Part shown: positions 25,291-38,940 of the stretch, one piece after another
Numbering within the stretch: the stretch's first letter is position 1
How the letters are laid out: each line of letters starts with the position of its first letter
Source of the DNA: Octopus vulgaris
Taxonomy: Eukaryota
Reading direction: 5' to 3'
NCBI GenBank assembly: GCA_951406725.2
Contig: OX597824.1
Span: 75,888,001 to 75,952,000, forward strand
DNA length: 64,000 nucleotides
Made by a program: the position numbers and the translations under genes
The notes under the pieces: generated by a model
What the model was told of the DNA's origin: nothing
The model's input: only the letters and a program-made list of their open reading frames with translations
Database searches by the model: none

Positions 25291-26930
25291 TGTCTGTCAC
25301 AATTTCTGCCTGTTAATTGCACGCACAAGGGCTTTGGTCAGAGCATCCCTGTCTACAATGCCATGGTGTAGGAACGCACCCTGAACCGCATGGTAATGAA
25401 AACAAAAATTCTTAACCATTCTTTCACCAATTAAATATTTATTATATTTCATGACCATTGCACAGGTTGTATTAATATGGGTTGCTTACCATTTTACTTA
25501 CACACAGAAAAGAGTTTGAAATAACATGCACAAATGAAATGGAAACCAAGAGGACAAAATGTACTTAGTTTGTGTATATATATATACTGCTATAAGAACA
25601 TATATTACACATTGCTCTTCCTTGTATTCCCTTCCTTGATCCACATGTCTTAACCCTTTTGTTACCATATTTCTGTTGAGATACTTTGTGTTTCTTTCAA
25701 TTAATTTTAAATATAACAAAGAATTTAGTAAAATAACTAAGTTATGGGGATGTAAACACACCAGCATCGGTTGTCAAGCGATGTTGTGGGGACAAGCACA
25801 GACACACACACACACACACATGACGAGCCTCTTTCAGTTTCCATCTACCAAATCCACTCAAAAGGCTTTGGTCAGCCCAAGGCTATAGTAAAAAACACTT
25901 GCCCAAGGTGCCACGCAGTGGGACTGAACCCGGAACCATGTGGTTCGTAAGGAAGCTACTTACCACACAGCCACTCCTATGGCTTCTTGATTATTTATTG
26001 ATTTTATCTTTGCATTAAATAATTGAAATAATATTTTGGATAATTAAAGCATTTTACTTCTAATTGAGGTATCTGAAGAACAGAACTGTTGTGTTTTATG
26101 CTCGTATTCAGATATTGAAAGGATTACATTCTGGCCTTCCATATCAAAAGTCGATAGTAGTAAATCTGTAGGTCCTGTATTTGCCATACCATTGAGGCAC
26201 CTCTGGTTAATTCTTATAAAGATCACTTTTGAAATCGGTCCTTTGTTTTGTTGAGATTCTGTTTTTTCTTTCTATACATTCGTGATGTACTGAAATTACT
26301 TCTTTGCTTGGAAAGAGGTGAAGCTTAGTGACTGGAAGAACATCTGGCTGTATAAATTCTGCCTCACCAAATTTTGTCTGACCTATGAAAGCATGGAAAA
26401 TTAGGATGTCGGAATGATTAAACCTCCCATGTATATGTGTGTATATATGTGTATATAAATGTTTATGCTTATACACACGCGCATGTAAAGTGCACCTCCT
26501 ACGCACACACATTCATATATCTAGACAGTGGTGAAACTGGTTTATGCGAAGTGCTTATCATTTTTTTAAAAAATGATTACAGGTTGTTGACCTTTTTGCT
26601 GGATGCTAATGGTTAATCATGTCACAGTTGAATGATTCCACCCACCTGTGCTTAGCAGCTGTTCAGTTGCCCTGTTAATGTTTTGAAATAAGTTAATTAT
26701 CTTCCATTGTTGTATTCCATTTTTTTTTGTGTGTCTTGTTTCAGTCATTAGACTGTGGCCATGCTGTGAACAACTTTGAGCCAAATGAATCAACACCAGT
26801 ACTTGTTTTTTTTTCTTTGAAAGCCTGGTACCTATTCTATCATTCTCTTTGCCAGACTGCTAAGTTATAAGGATGTAAACACATCAACACTGGTTGTCAA
26901 GTGGTCGTGGGGGACAAACATAGACACACA

Positions 26931-26972
<42 letters not shown>

Positions 26973-28769
26973 TCAGTAACAATACGCACACACACACATA
27001 CACACAGAGGACTTCTTTTAGTTTCCCGTGCTGGTGGCACATAAAAGCACTCACTACACCCTTGGAGTGGTTGGTGTTAGGAAGGGCATCCAACTGTAGA
27101 AACTCTGCCTGATCAAGACTGGAGCCTGGTGTAGCCATCTGGTTCGCCAGCCCACAGTCAAACCGTCCAACCCATGCTAGTATGGAAAGCAGATGTGACA
27201 CGACGATGATGATGATGAGATTCACTCACAAGGCTTTGATCAGCCCGAGGCAATAGTAGAACACACTTGCCCAAGGTGCCATGCAGTGGGACTGAACCTG
27301 GAACCATGTGGTTGGGAAAAAAACTTCTTACCACACAGCCATATCTCTCGCCTATGAGTTTTGGAAGATTCGTAAAGCTTATTTCTTGACTGTGATGAAA
27401 GAAATATATGGCTGTTTATCTGTTCCTGTGTATAAACTCAGTATATATGTTGTGTGTCAGTGTAATTGTTTGCATGTATGTTCATATCTTAACCTTCTGC
27501 TACTTTTCACCTGTAATGCAAACACTCAAAAATTTACTGTCATGACTTCTTCATAGTTCCATAGCACCAAGCTGTCCTCTGTTTTAGATGCTCAGATATG
27601 GCAACCCTAGTTTATTTTATGGAAGAAATGATGCAGACAAATATTTCTGAATAGGAATATTTATTGTGGTAATTTGTTTATTACGACATTCTTTCTTGTT
27701 TATCGCTTGCTTGTTTCAGTCATTAGACTGCAGCCATGCTGGGGCACCGCCTTGAAAGGTTTAGTCAAAGAAATTGACCCCAGTACATACTTTCTTAAGT
27801 CTGGTACTTATGGGCTTCTTTCGCTGAACTGCTAATCTACAGGGATGTAAACAAACCGACACTGGTTGTCAAATGATGGTGAGGGACAAACAACATAAAC
27901 GCACACACACAAACAAACGCATGCGCGCACACAAACAACATGTGCTTTTTTCAGTTTTTGTGTACCAAATTCACTTTAGTTGGCCCAGAGCTATAGTGGA
28001 AGACTCTTGCCCAAGGTGCCACACATTAGGACTGAACCCAAGACCAAATGGCTGGGAAGCATTTTCCTTAACCTCATAGCCATGTTCATGCCTATATGTA
28101 GAGACACACAATTTTCCATGACTTTTCCTTAATCTTCATAATATCCAATCTAGACTTTGATTGGTTAGCTGAACAGTACGTGACACTTAACGACATCTTT
28201 TTGCATCTGATTGGTTGTTTTGAAATGTAACTCATCGTTGACTTTATTAATTTATGAAATATCTCATCAATTTTTTAAAATTCTCTTCCTGCCAATCTTT
28301 CTCTGTGTAGTTTGTTATTCTAACCAATTTAATTAACCTAAACCCCTCTTCAGCCTTCAATTCATTCTCATATCAATTCTCCTATGCCACTTGGACTCTG
28401 ATTGCTTGTGTGATGGGATCAGCAAACCTAAGTGTCAAGTGACAACCTTTGACACACTGCCACGCACGCCCACATGCGTGTGCTTGGGAACATCATCTTT
28501 GTGACCATATTACATTTAATGATAATAGCAATGACAGTAATGAAGTAACAAATTTTTCTGCAATAAATTTCTTAGTTGACAGGTTAAGAAACGCTAATTG
28601 GATGCTTTCTTTTAATCACAGATGAGTTTCTTGAAAGCTATTTCCACAGATGCTGGTTGCTAAGCAGCTTAAACATCTTGTCTATAAATTCAAGCACAGA
28701 GATAACAAATGATATATTTAGAACATCATCCTCAGGTTCTCTCGCAACTGTTGCTGCCTGACATTGGCA

Positions 28770-29247
28770 TGCCACTCTTGACACTTTTGCAGTCAGCCAT
28801 AACGATTGTTCTTCTCTATTATGCGTAGCAAAGTTATGGTGTTGTGGACATATCAGGTCCTTGATATTGTCATACCAGCTTCTTGTTTTTTTTTCTATCT
28901 GCCTATCTTTTTGCTCTCCCTCAATTGTACTCTGAATGATGGTCCTTGGACAGGGATTTGTGGTGAGTTATGTGACCATACTGGGCAAACTTTCTGTCTT
29001 GTTATCCGTGCAAGGAGTCGTTCCTATCTGTTATCATATTTGATGACTTGCTCCATGTCCAGATATTTGTTTTGTGCTGTGCATGAGATGTGTAACAACC
29101 TGAAACACATGTACTCAAATGCTTGGATTCTTTGTGCTATGTCACCTGTAAGAGTTCAGCTCTCATACCAATTACAGAAGGGTTGAAGTTATCAGGGACT
29201 TGAACATTTTGAGTCTTGTTGGAAAACTGACGAAGTTGCTTTTCCAT
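28770..29247 (-). mobile_element. RTE (BovB-like) ORF C-terminal remnant
   Basis: Minus strand reads KMFKSLITSTLL..YES.TLTGDIAQRIQAFEYMCFR..LHIS...RKFAQYGHITH...TIIQSTIEG...SWYDNIK with stops and frameshifts. Confidence 0.8.
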
Positions 29248-29300
29248 TTGGTCTTATTTGTCCTGCTTATTTTTTATTTCTTTGGTTTTTGTCTTTTTAA

Positions 29301-29519
29301 CCCTTTTGTTACTGTATTTATTTTTTGAGATGATCTGTGTTTCTTTCAATTCAAATATAACAAAGAATTTAGTAAAATAATTTAGTTATCATTCAGCTAG
29401 TGTTAGGAACATAAATTGTGACAATGGTTTGATGGAAGATTTTAATTCAAAACTTTTGAAAACAAAACAATTGTACTACAGAGCCAGAGCCGGTTTCAGC
29501 TGGGTTGGTAATGAAAGGG
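29301..29519. mobile_element. piggyBac-like MITE family B (TTAA TSD)
   Basis: ttaa|CCCTTTTGTTAC...GTAATGAAAGGG|ttaa; relatives near 18480-18810, 25650, 41690, 46880-47107, 53058. Confidence 0.85.
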
Positions 29520-30210
29520 TTAAACTTATAGTGAACTTATCAGTCAATGCTTTCTAGTGGTCAGCCTTAGAAGAAGTATTCAGTATTTCTACAGATTTTG
29601 ACATTGATTTTTGATATTGATCGGTGTAGGCCTGGCTGTGTGGACTGCAGGCATGCTGGGGGCATTACTTGACCCACATAGCTTTAGGTTCAGTTCTTTT
29701 GCAACACTTTGGGCAAGTTGTCTTCGGTTGTAGTTCCGATTGTTAGTCTTCCCAGTCCCACAGTGTTTTGTTAGTTTATTGGAATCAGCATATGAGAGTG
29801 TCTAGTGTTGGCCTCTTTCTCCCTTTTTCCCTCTGTCCATCTCTCTCTCTCTCTCACACACAATCTTTGTGACCATATTTAGTTTAATGATAACATGAAT
29901 GTGTGTGTTTGTTTGTGTGTGTATGTATGCATGTGTGCCTCTATCAATGTTTACAAAAAGAAAAGCTTGATTTTTTTTTTCATAGCTTCACGATTTCAGT
30001 GATGCAATTGTTTGTTTAGAATGACATTGTAAGATAGGTATGAGAGACCAGATCTGGTTGGTTTGAACATAAAGCAAGTAGAATGTTTGAGCCAGAAATA
30101 GTTGGTTTACATTCTAAACTGTTAAATGTGAATAGGGCTTTTGTCTTTGAGATCCTTGTTTGATAAAGAAATCTTTTCTTACTGAGAGCATTTCAGTTTC
30201 TTGCAAAAGG

Positions 30211-31120
30211 TATGAAGTGGTATCAGAAAGTTCTTGGACTAGTTATGTTTAATAAGACATACTTTATTTACATAAGTTTTAACATCATCTCTTTTGAAAT
30301 AGTCAACTTGCACAACAATAAACTGGTCCCAGCATTCCTGCCATTTTTGGAAATCCGTCTTGGAAGTCATTGTCTGTAAGTGAGTCAAGGACCTTCTGTG
30401 ATTCGCTCTAGGTCTTGATAATGGTGTTAAAACAGTGACGTTTGAGCTACATTTTCATCTTGGGGAAGAGTTGAAAGTCCACATGTGCTAAATATGGTGA
30501 ATAAGGTGGGTGCAGAAGTAATACCATGTGGGTTTTGGCAAGAAAGTCACAAGTGAGGAGATCTTGCTGACGATGCATTTTTGTCATGAAGAATTCAATT
30601 CTTTGCGCTCCGCAAATCCAGGTGCTATCGCAAAATGCCCCACCCCCTCAAACACTTTAAAACATTGCAGTAGAACTCTCGATTGACAGTCTGGCCCTGG
30701 GGAATGAATTCTCAATGCCCAATACCACGTTTCTGGAGGTGTCACTCATGACAGGTCATCCAGATTGCTCGTCATATTCCAGAGATGCTCTTCTGCTTTT
30801 GAAGCACTTGTGTCACTTAAAACATGGTGTATGACCCATTGCCTTGTCCCTGTAAGCTCACTGAAGCATGCTCAATGTCTTTGTATCAGACTTCCTGAGT
30901 TTAATACAAATTTTCATGTTGACTCTTTGCTCCTGTCCATGGCAAAATCACAGACAACAGCATACATGTGATCACTAAAGCACAAATTTCACAACTTGTG
31001 AAGTAAACATGGCAATGTCACTCAGCACATTGCCTCATGAAGATCACTTCTAGCTCTAACTGCACATGCAACTGTGTGCTGCCATCTGTTGGCGTACTAC
31101 AGAACTAGTGCAGGAACTTC
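30211..31120 (-). mobile_element. Internally deleted mariner element
   Basis: Minus strand FLAKTHMVLLLHPPYSPYLAHVDF and WQECWDQFIVVQVDYFKRD; partial TIRs aagttcttggactagt / actagtgcaggaactt. Confidence 0.85.
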
Positions 31121-31485
31121 AAAATTACGACAACTTCTAATTTACATAAAAGTAAGTGATCAGGATGTATTAAAGTGTATTAAACTGATGTTAGGTGACT
31201 ATTATATTGTCAGTTATTATATATATATATAAATAATATGAGGGAATATTATTCCAAACTTACAGGGAAAAATTCAATTTAGAAATAGTAAATGAAATTT
31301 CCAAAAATATAATATGTATATATATAAATTAGAAAAAAAGCCCACCTTTTATCAATTCAATAATGAAAAATTAAATTATACCATTTACAAAAATTACATC
31401 TTTTAGAAAGATTAAATATAAGATACATACATACATATATATGAAGATAAACATATATACATATACATACATATATATGAAGAAA

Positions 31486-31734
31486 AATGGTATAATTAAA
31501 TTATACCATTTTAAAAATTACATCTTATAGAAAGATTAAATATAAGATAAAACATATAACAATGATTAAGTAAAGGGCAAAATGATAAATAAAATGTATA
31601 TACTTGGTAGAATAAATATATACGTTTTATTTATTATTTTGCACTTTACTTAATCATTGTTATATGTTTTATTTTATATTTAATCTTTCTATAAGATGTA
31701 ATTTTTTTAAATGGTATAATTTAATTATACCATT
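31486..31734. repeat. Long AT-rich inverted repeat, arms about 117 bp
   Basis: 31486-31602 is a near reverse complement of 31617-31734, with a 14-nt spacer. Confidence 0.85.
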
Positions 31735-31881
31735 GATAAAAGGTATTTTTTTCTTCATATATATATATATATATATGTATGTATATATATATATATATAT
31801 ATATATCACAGTACCAAATATAACCTATAACAATAAACACTGCTACTTTGTTGTGTGATTAACAACTTCAAGGGTGATTAC

Positions 31882-31939
<58 letters not shown>

Positions 31940-33169
31940 TTTTTCAGAATATGACGAGCAATCTGGATGACCTGTCATGAGTGACACCTCCAGAAATGTG
32001 GTATTAGGCATTGAGAATTACTTTAGGTTAGCTTTTAGTTTCTTTACGTTACAAAACTCGCAGCTACCAAACTTGTGTGATCTACACACTTATTCTAATC
32101 ATTATATTGTTTATTCTTGGTCTCTTATTATTATTTACTAAGACACGATTTTATTGAAATAGTAAGAATTCTGAAAAACTCATTTACAATGCTAAGTATG
32201 TACAAAAAAAATTATTGTAAAAAAATCTGTAATCAACAAGGTCTTTTTAGAAATTGAAAAGTAAACTAAAGAGTAACCTAAAGCAATCGCCCTTTAGGTT
32301 GTTGGTTACATGCCAAAGTAGCACCCAATAAGCAATGGTTATCTTATGTCGGTTATCTTATAACCATTTGCACAATAACAATCCAATACTCTAACACAGA
32401 ATCGACAACAAGACTTATTGCTCTCACATTTCGACTTCTTGGGCTCATTTGTTTATAGACTCGTCCAGTCCACTGACAGTCTTGTGGGGGTGTCGGTTCA
32501 CTCCACAACAGACAAAAGTTTATTTTCTGAAATAGTAACATTTATTGTTTCTTGGATCAAGATATTGATTTAAATATAAATAATATGTAGTTTCAGTCTC
32601 GTTTGTCATTTGGAGAGACTGGGATTATTCTCTTGTCTGGCCTAAGTTAACACCAAAGCATTGTTTCTAGAATTTTTGTTATATTTCCAATGCTTGGTAT
32701 TTCCTTATGCTGTTTTGTTTATATTATCATCATCAACGTTTTCTCTCTCCCATCCTTCAGTGCTGCCATGGCTTGTGTTTAAGAAGTTTGCTTCCTAACC
32801 GTATGGTTTTAAGTTTAGTCCCAATGTGAGGCACCATAAGCAGGTACCTTCTACTATAATCCAGGGCTGACCAAACAGATATAAAAGCCTGTTGTGTGTG
32901 TGTAGACGTAATGAGTGGATGTATTGTCTAAAAGTATTCCAGCCTTGACCATTCTATCAATTTTGTACACCAGAGACTATATTGTCCAGTTTATAATTCA
33001 GTAGTTTACATGATTTAGTGTGACTTGAAGGAAACTTAGCTGGTGCTTTTACCAAGTTAAGCAACCATGTAGAAGCTTTCTCATTGACTTGGTACCAAAA
33101 TGTTTGAAAAGCTTCCACCAAGCTGTTTCAGTATTTCTTTTATTATTCATCTTCTACACCTTACTATGT

Positions 33170-33757
33170 ATACTGCAAAATGAAACATGGGTCACAACTG
33201 CTGAGAACATGCGTAGGCTTGGAAGAAATGAAGCTAGTATGATTCACTGGATTTTTAATGTGAGTGTGCATACATGATAGTGTGAGCGCCCTGAGAGAAA
33301 AGTTGGACATAAGAAGCATTAAATGTGGTGTGCAAGAGAGACGACTGTGCTGGTATGGTCATGTGTTACATATGGATGAGGGCAGCTGTGTGAGAAGGTG
33401 CCCCACCCTAACTATGGAAGGAATCTGTGGAAGAGGTAGACCCAATGCCAGTGTGGCATGTCTGGTCCATTTAAAAGAACCCTTGATGTGCTGGGCGATA
33501 TATGCTTGAGAAGACTTTTGAGTCAAGTAAAACCAAAATTGTTGCTGTGGCCAGAGCCCCCTGACTGGCTCCTGTGCCAGTGGCACATAAAAAGCACCCA
33601 CTACACTCTCAGAGTGGTTGGCATTAGGAATGGAATCCTGCTGTAGAAAGGTTGCCAGATCAGATTGGAGCTTGGTGCAGCCGCTGGCTTTTTAGAACTT
33701 AGTCAAACTGTCCAACCCATGCCAGCATGGAAAAGGGACATTGAACAATGATGATGT
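33170..33757 (+). mobile_element. 5'-truncated RTE LINE (ORF end plus 3' UTR)
   Basis: ETWVTTAENMRRLGRNEASMIHWI..LREKLDIRSIKCGVQERRLCWYGHVLHMDE..GRGRP, then 3' UTR and (GAT)n tail. Confidence 0.9.
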
Positions 33758-33973
33758 ATATTTTTTATGTAAAATATAGATTTTTTTAATGTAAAATAGA
33801 TTTTTTAAAATGTAAAATAGATGTTTTTATGTAAAATCTATATATAGTTTTTTTTATGTAAAATATATATAGGTTTGCATGCAAATATATACGTGTATAT
33901 ATATATAAATTTTATTTCATAATGAGATAAAAAACCAAGGCTGTGTAGATTTTAGAACATTTATAGATAGAAG

Positions 33974-34021
33974 GTCTTACAGCTGTTTCCCGGATATTTA
34001 TTATATCCCTTCATTGGAGAC
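33974..34021 (-). ncRNA. Degenerate minimal hammerhead ribozyme (CCAATGA core)
   Basis: Minus strand gtct CCAATGA agggatat-aataa-atatccgg GAAAC AGCT GTA agac. Confidence 0.5.
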
Positions 34022-34119
34022 GGTGTAAGAGGATGGTTAAGAAATAATTAGCATTACCTGACACCTTTGGGTCTCCATGACACCATTACCTCTCATAACC
34101 TGTATATATATTAATGTAA

Positions 34120-34173
<54 letters not shown>

Positions 34174-34387
34174 AAATTAGAGATATAACCACTATTAGGC
34201 AAATCAAACAATGAAAAACATAAGCCAATACATAAAATTAATTAATTTATGTTATTTTAAATATATATCAAAAGTAAGAGTAAAACACTACGATCGTTTC
34301 ATGGCTGTACAATTCGTAATATATATATATAAATATAAATGTTTTAATGTAAATATATGCATATAGATTTTAATGTGTGTGTATATA

Positions 34388-34425
<38 letters not shown>

Positions 34426-34856
34426 AATGTAAATATACGCATATAGATTTTAATGTTGTGTATATTATATATATATTATATATATAAATATACATATTAA
34501 ATATTTTAATGTACATATACACATAGATTTTAATGTAAATATACACATATATATTTTAATGTAAATATATGCATATAGATTTTAATGTGTGTGTGTATAT
34601 ATACATGTATTTATGTAAATATATGCACATAGATTTATATATATATATATATATATTCATAAAAACAAGGATAAAATCATGTAAATCTTATCAAGTGGTC
34701 AACATGCTACAAACCTTGTTAAATTATATACTAAAATAATAGTTATATATACAAATTATATAAGGAAACATGAAAAAATGCTCCAACATGTAAGAATATG
34801 CAAAAGAATTATTTTTGGCATATTCTTACATGCTGAAGCCAGATTTTTTCCCCTTT

Positions 34857-34897
<41 letters not shown>

Positions 34898-34942
34898 TGT
34901 ATATGTGTGTGTGTTTATGTGTCTATATATATATATATATGC

Positions 34943-34974
<32 letters not shown>

Positions 34975-35191
34975 TGAGGTTATGGGAGGTAATGGTGTCA
35001 AGAAGACCCAAAAGTGTCAAGAAATGCTGAGTAAGTGTTATGGAGAGACTACAGTTAAGCTCCAGGTTTGATGATTATGCGAATGATGAGACGAAAGTAA
35101 GTCATATCGGCATACATATATATAAAAGATTAACAGAATGAGATAAAAATCCAAGGCTGTGAAAGATTTTAGAACATTTACAAATAAGAAG

Positions 35192-35239
35192 GTCTTACAG
35201 CTGTTTCTGGGATATTTTATATATCCCTTCATCGGAGAC
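35192..35239 (-). ncRNA. Minimal type I hammerhead ribozyme (U4C variant) in a Penelope-like repeat
   Basis: Minus strand gtct CCGATGA a gggatat-ataaa-atatccc a GAAAC AGCT GTA^agac: helix I gtct/agac, helix II gggatat/atatccc, palindromic helix III ACAGCTGT. Confidence 0.65.
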
Positions 35240-35737
35240 TGTGTGAGAAAATGGTTAAGCAATAGTTATTCTAGAGAAGATAAGAAATAGAGAGTGAAGT
35301 GGAGGAATGAAAACAGACGTGAGATATGCAAGGATATTGTATCTGCAGTTCCATTATTTAGGCAGAATGGTATACATATTAAGATTCCTATACCTTGTGT
35401 GTAAGTTCCAATAGTATTTAAAATTGGTTTTTCACAGCCTCGGATTTTTATCACATCCTGTTAATTTTATATGTAGCACGTAAAAAGCACCATCCGATCG
35501 TGGTCGTTTGCCAGCCTCGTCTGGCACGTAAAAAGCACCCACTACACTTACGGAGTGGTTGGCGTTAGGAAGGGCATCCAGCCGTAGAAACATTGCCAGA
35601 TCAGACTGGGCCTGGTGCAGCCTTCTGGCTTCGCGGACCCCAGTTGAACCGCCCAACCCATGCTAGCATGGAAGACGGACGCTAAATGATGATGACGACG
35701 TGTGTATGTATGTGTGTGTGTGTATGTGTGTGTATAT

Positions 35738-36080
35738 TAATAATAGAAGGATAAAATTAATTAATCAATAATTAATAATTTTACCAAGTAGATCGATAAG
35801 TTAAAATAACCCTTTTAGGTAAAATTATACAAATATTCTATAATTATAAACAATTATAATTAGGGGTCAGCTAATTGCTCCACCACACACCGAATTTAGA
35901 AATGGGATTTAATATTCCTTTTCTGCTGCCGTAAAGATCTTGCAGATAGTAACACACTTTTTTTACGTAGGCAAAAGGAAAAAGAAATAATGAAATCCAC
36001 ATGACTCAGATTAGCTACATACGCGTTTCGGGATTAAAGTAAAGTTATATTTACTTACTTATTTCACCTCTTCATTGCAA
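35738..36080 (-). mobile_element. Second copy of the 24113 Penelope-like element
   Basis: Colinear with 24113-24450; keeps GAAACGCGTA tgtagc on the minus strand. Confidence 0.65.
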
Positions 36081-36263
36081 TTTGAGAGTGCTAGGGTTAG
36101 ATGGGTGATTTGGAATATGTTTGTCATTTATTTCAACTGCTAATGGCAAATGCATTTCAGTTACCGTGGAGAAAAAATTCCCTTATGGTGGAAAGGTGTG
36201 AAAGCACCCGTTTCGTGCAGTGTCACCCTCTTCCAGGAATCTGAGTCATTGATGTTTCGAGTT

Positions 36264-36298
<35 letters not shown>

Positions 36299-36440
36299 TT
36301 ATATGTATTGCAATAGGTTTCTTCCCTTTTCTGGGACTGCCACATTAAGTTGGCAAGAAAACAAAACACTTTTCGAAATGCAGTATTATATATGTCTGTA
36401 TATATGTGTATTTATATCTATGTGTGTGTATATATGTATA

Positions 36441-36492
<52 letters not shown>

Positions 36493-36859
36493 CGTGTATG
36501 TGTGTGTTTATGTGCATATATGTGTATGTATATATATATGTGTGTGTATGTATGTGTATATATGTATGTATATATATGTATGTGTGTGTTTGTATATATG
36601 TGTATACACACACAGTACTATGCATATGTGTATATATATATATATAAATAGAAACACTCTTACATCCAGATTCTCCAACCCATACCAGCATGGGAATCAA
36701 ACATTGAATTGAAAGAACTGAACAGTGGTATAGATGTCAACCCAATTTTTCCTTCATCCTTCTTTCCTTCTCTTTTCCATTGACACTCCTTTCAGATACA
36801 CATGCACACATACACACACACACAAAAAAAGAAACAGTTTTTTTTCCGTTTAGTGATGA

Positions 36860-37360
36860 CAACACCAGCACAACCAAGTGTTTCCTGTTTGGAAATGATA
36901 AAATGGCCTTCAACGTTTTTTCCATTAGTTTCCTCTTTGCCAATACTATTCCGAGCGAAATACCTCGGTAATTCAGCAGAAAGTAATGCTTCTCTGCAAA
37001 GTCATCATTGATGCACAATTAAAAGAATTGTGTCAGTGTTGTTCCCATATGTCGTTCATTGACAGCCATATGTATCCTCATCATTTCCGAGAAATATTCT
37101 GTTCATCTGGTTGGCACTATTGCAGGTACTCTTTCATGAATTGAAAATCCTAAATTGGATGCAACTGCTTCGGATGGTCCAGTATACTTAACTATTAGAT
37201 ATTATCTTATTTTGTTATCATTGTTTATTTGAAGAGCAGCTTGGTCATTTCCTTTCAGCATGTACTTGATGTACGTAATTGACCTTACTGAAGCAATGAT
37301 TTCAACTTTGTAGTGGCATTTGAAAGCTCTTTGCAAGGTGCAACCCATTTGTTGTTTGTT
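36860..37360 (-). mobile_element. Helitron RepHel fossil
   Basis: Minus strand NKWV..CHYKVEIIASVRSITYIKYMLKGNDQAA..YTGPSEAV..LGFSIHERVPAIV...TTLTQFF.LC..DDFA matches the Rep region (HINVE..S.KS.KY..KY..KG.D, RY....EA.WR..GF.IHER.P). Confidence 0.8.
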
Positions 37361-37739
37361 TTTCCATTCTTATGAAATCCAACTTCTCCCATTGCAACTG
37401 ATTTTTCTCTAATAAGAGATAATCTCTCTCTGTTTTTCATGCCTTTTGATTAAGATGATGAAGATTATTATTTTCTTTTAAATAAAATAGTAATTTTCCC
37501 TCTTTAAGAAAAAAAATTCAAAAATCAAGTACCTGTGATTCAAAAACTATCTCATAAAAAGTATAGGGAGTATTTCTATCTTTCAGTCCATGGCACTCCA
37601 AAAGTTATATAAATGATTAAGTAAAGAAAAAAGAAAGTAAGAAAAAAAGGATGGATGGTGGTAGCTGCAATGATTCTTTGAAGTGTTGCTCCTGCAAATT
37701 CACATTTTCAAATTGAATTTTTTTTTCCTAAAGGAGGAA

Positions 37740-38054
37740 ATGACTATTTTATTCATATCATCTGAATCAAAGGGCAAGAAAACAGACAAACTTTGCATTT
37801 TAGTATTGTATGTATGTATGTATGTATGTATGTATGTATGTGTGTGTGTGTGTATGTATGTGTGTGTGTATGTATGTAATTTACAGATTGATATAGCTAT
37901 GTATTTATATACATGTAAACAATATAATAGGCATTTTTGAATACACTCATCTTAACACCAAACACTTCAAACATGCCAGCGGGTGATGACTATTTTATTC
38001 GTATCATCTGAATCAAAGGGCAAGAAAACAGACAAACTTTGCGTTTTAGTATTT

Positions 38055-38091
<37 letters not shown>

Positions 38092-38212
38092 ATGTGTATA
38101 TATAATTTACAGATAGATATAGATATGTATTTATATACATGTAAACAATAAAATAGGCATTTTTGAATACACTCATCTTAACAACAAACACTTCAAACAT
38201 GTCAGCAGGTGG
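37740..38212. repeat. Tandem duplication of about 245 bp
   Basis: 37740-37985 and 37987-38212 share atgactattttattc..gggcaagaaaacagacaaactttgc..cacttcaaacatg. Confidence 0.9.
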
Positions 38213-38440
38213 TAAAATATACATAACAGTTCAGTTGTCCCACATTTCTGCTGATAACAGCAGCCAAAACCATCACAAATCATACTCTTACATAATGGTT
38301 ATCCTAAGGATGTGATTTGTGAAAATTTTTAGCTGCTGTTTTACAGTTCCTGATGTATGAATGATGAGATTATCAAAACTGCATTTATAGTGTTTGACTT
38401 CCTTATTTAGGAAGAAGGATAGAAGGGAGAATTTTAGTTA

Positions 38441-38503
<63 letters not shown>

Positions 38504-38506
38504 TTT

Positions 38507-38940
38507 ATGGATGAGGACAGCTGCGTAAAGAAGTACCAAGCTGTAATTGTCGAAGATGTGGGACAAAGTGGTGAGAAAGGATCTTTGGATGCTGGGCCTC
38601 ACTGAGGAAATGATAAGGGACTGGGAGATGTAGTGATTTTCTGTATTTGATGAGACACATTGAGCTAACTAAAATCGCTGTCTTCCACACATACAGGCTT
38701 GTCCTTTCAGGTGCTGGTACCACTTAAAATGCACCTGTGCTGTGTAAATGGACCCATGCCAGTGGCACATAAAAAGCACCCAGTATACTCTGTTAAGTGG
38801 TTGGTGTTAGGAAGGGCATCCAGCTGTAGAATCCATACCACATCAGACAGTTGGAGTCTGGACAGCTCCCTGTTTGCTAGCTCCAGGTCAGACCTTCCAA
38901 CCCTTGCCAGCATGGTAAGAGGATGCTAAATATCATTATG
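38507..38940 (+). mobile_element. RTE 3' end fragment
   Basis: MDEDSCVKK..WDKVVRKDLWMLGLTEEM followed by the RTE 3' UTR. Confidence 0.8.

Noticed and set aside
26069-26255. CCVLC-containing frame as the missing RING exon (also LPCL at 8170)
   Set aside because: Lacks the CxH..CxxC spacing and suitable splice sites
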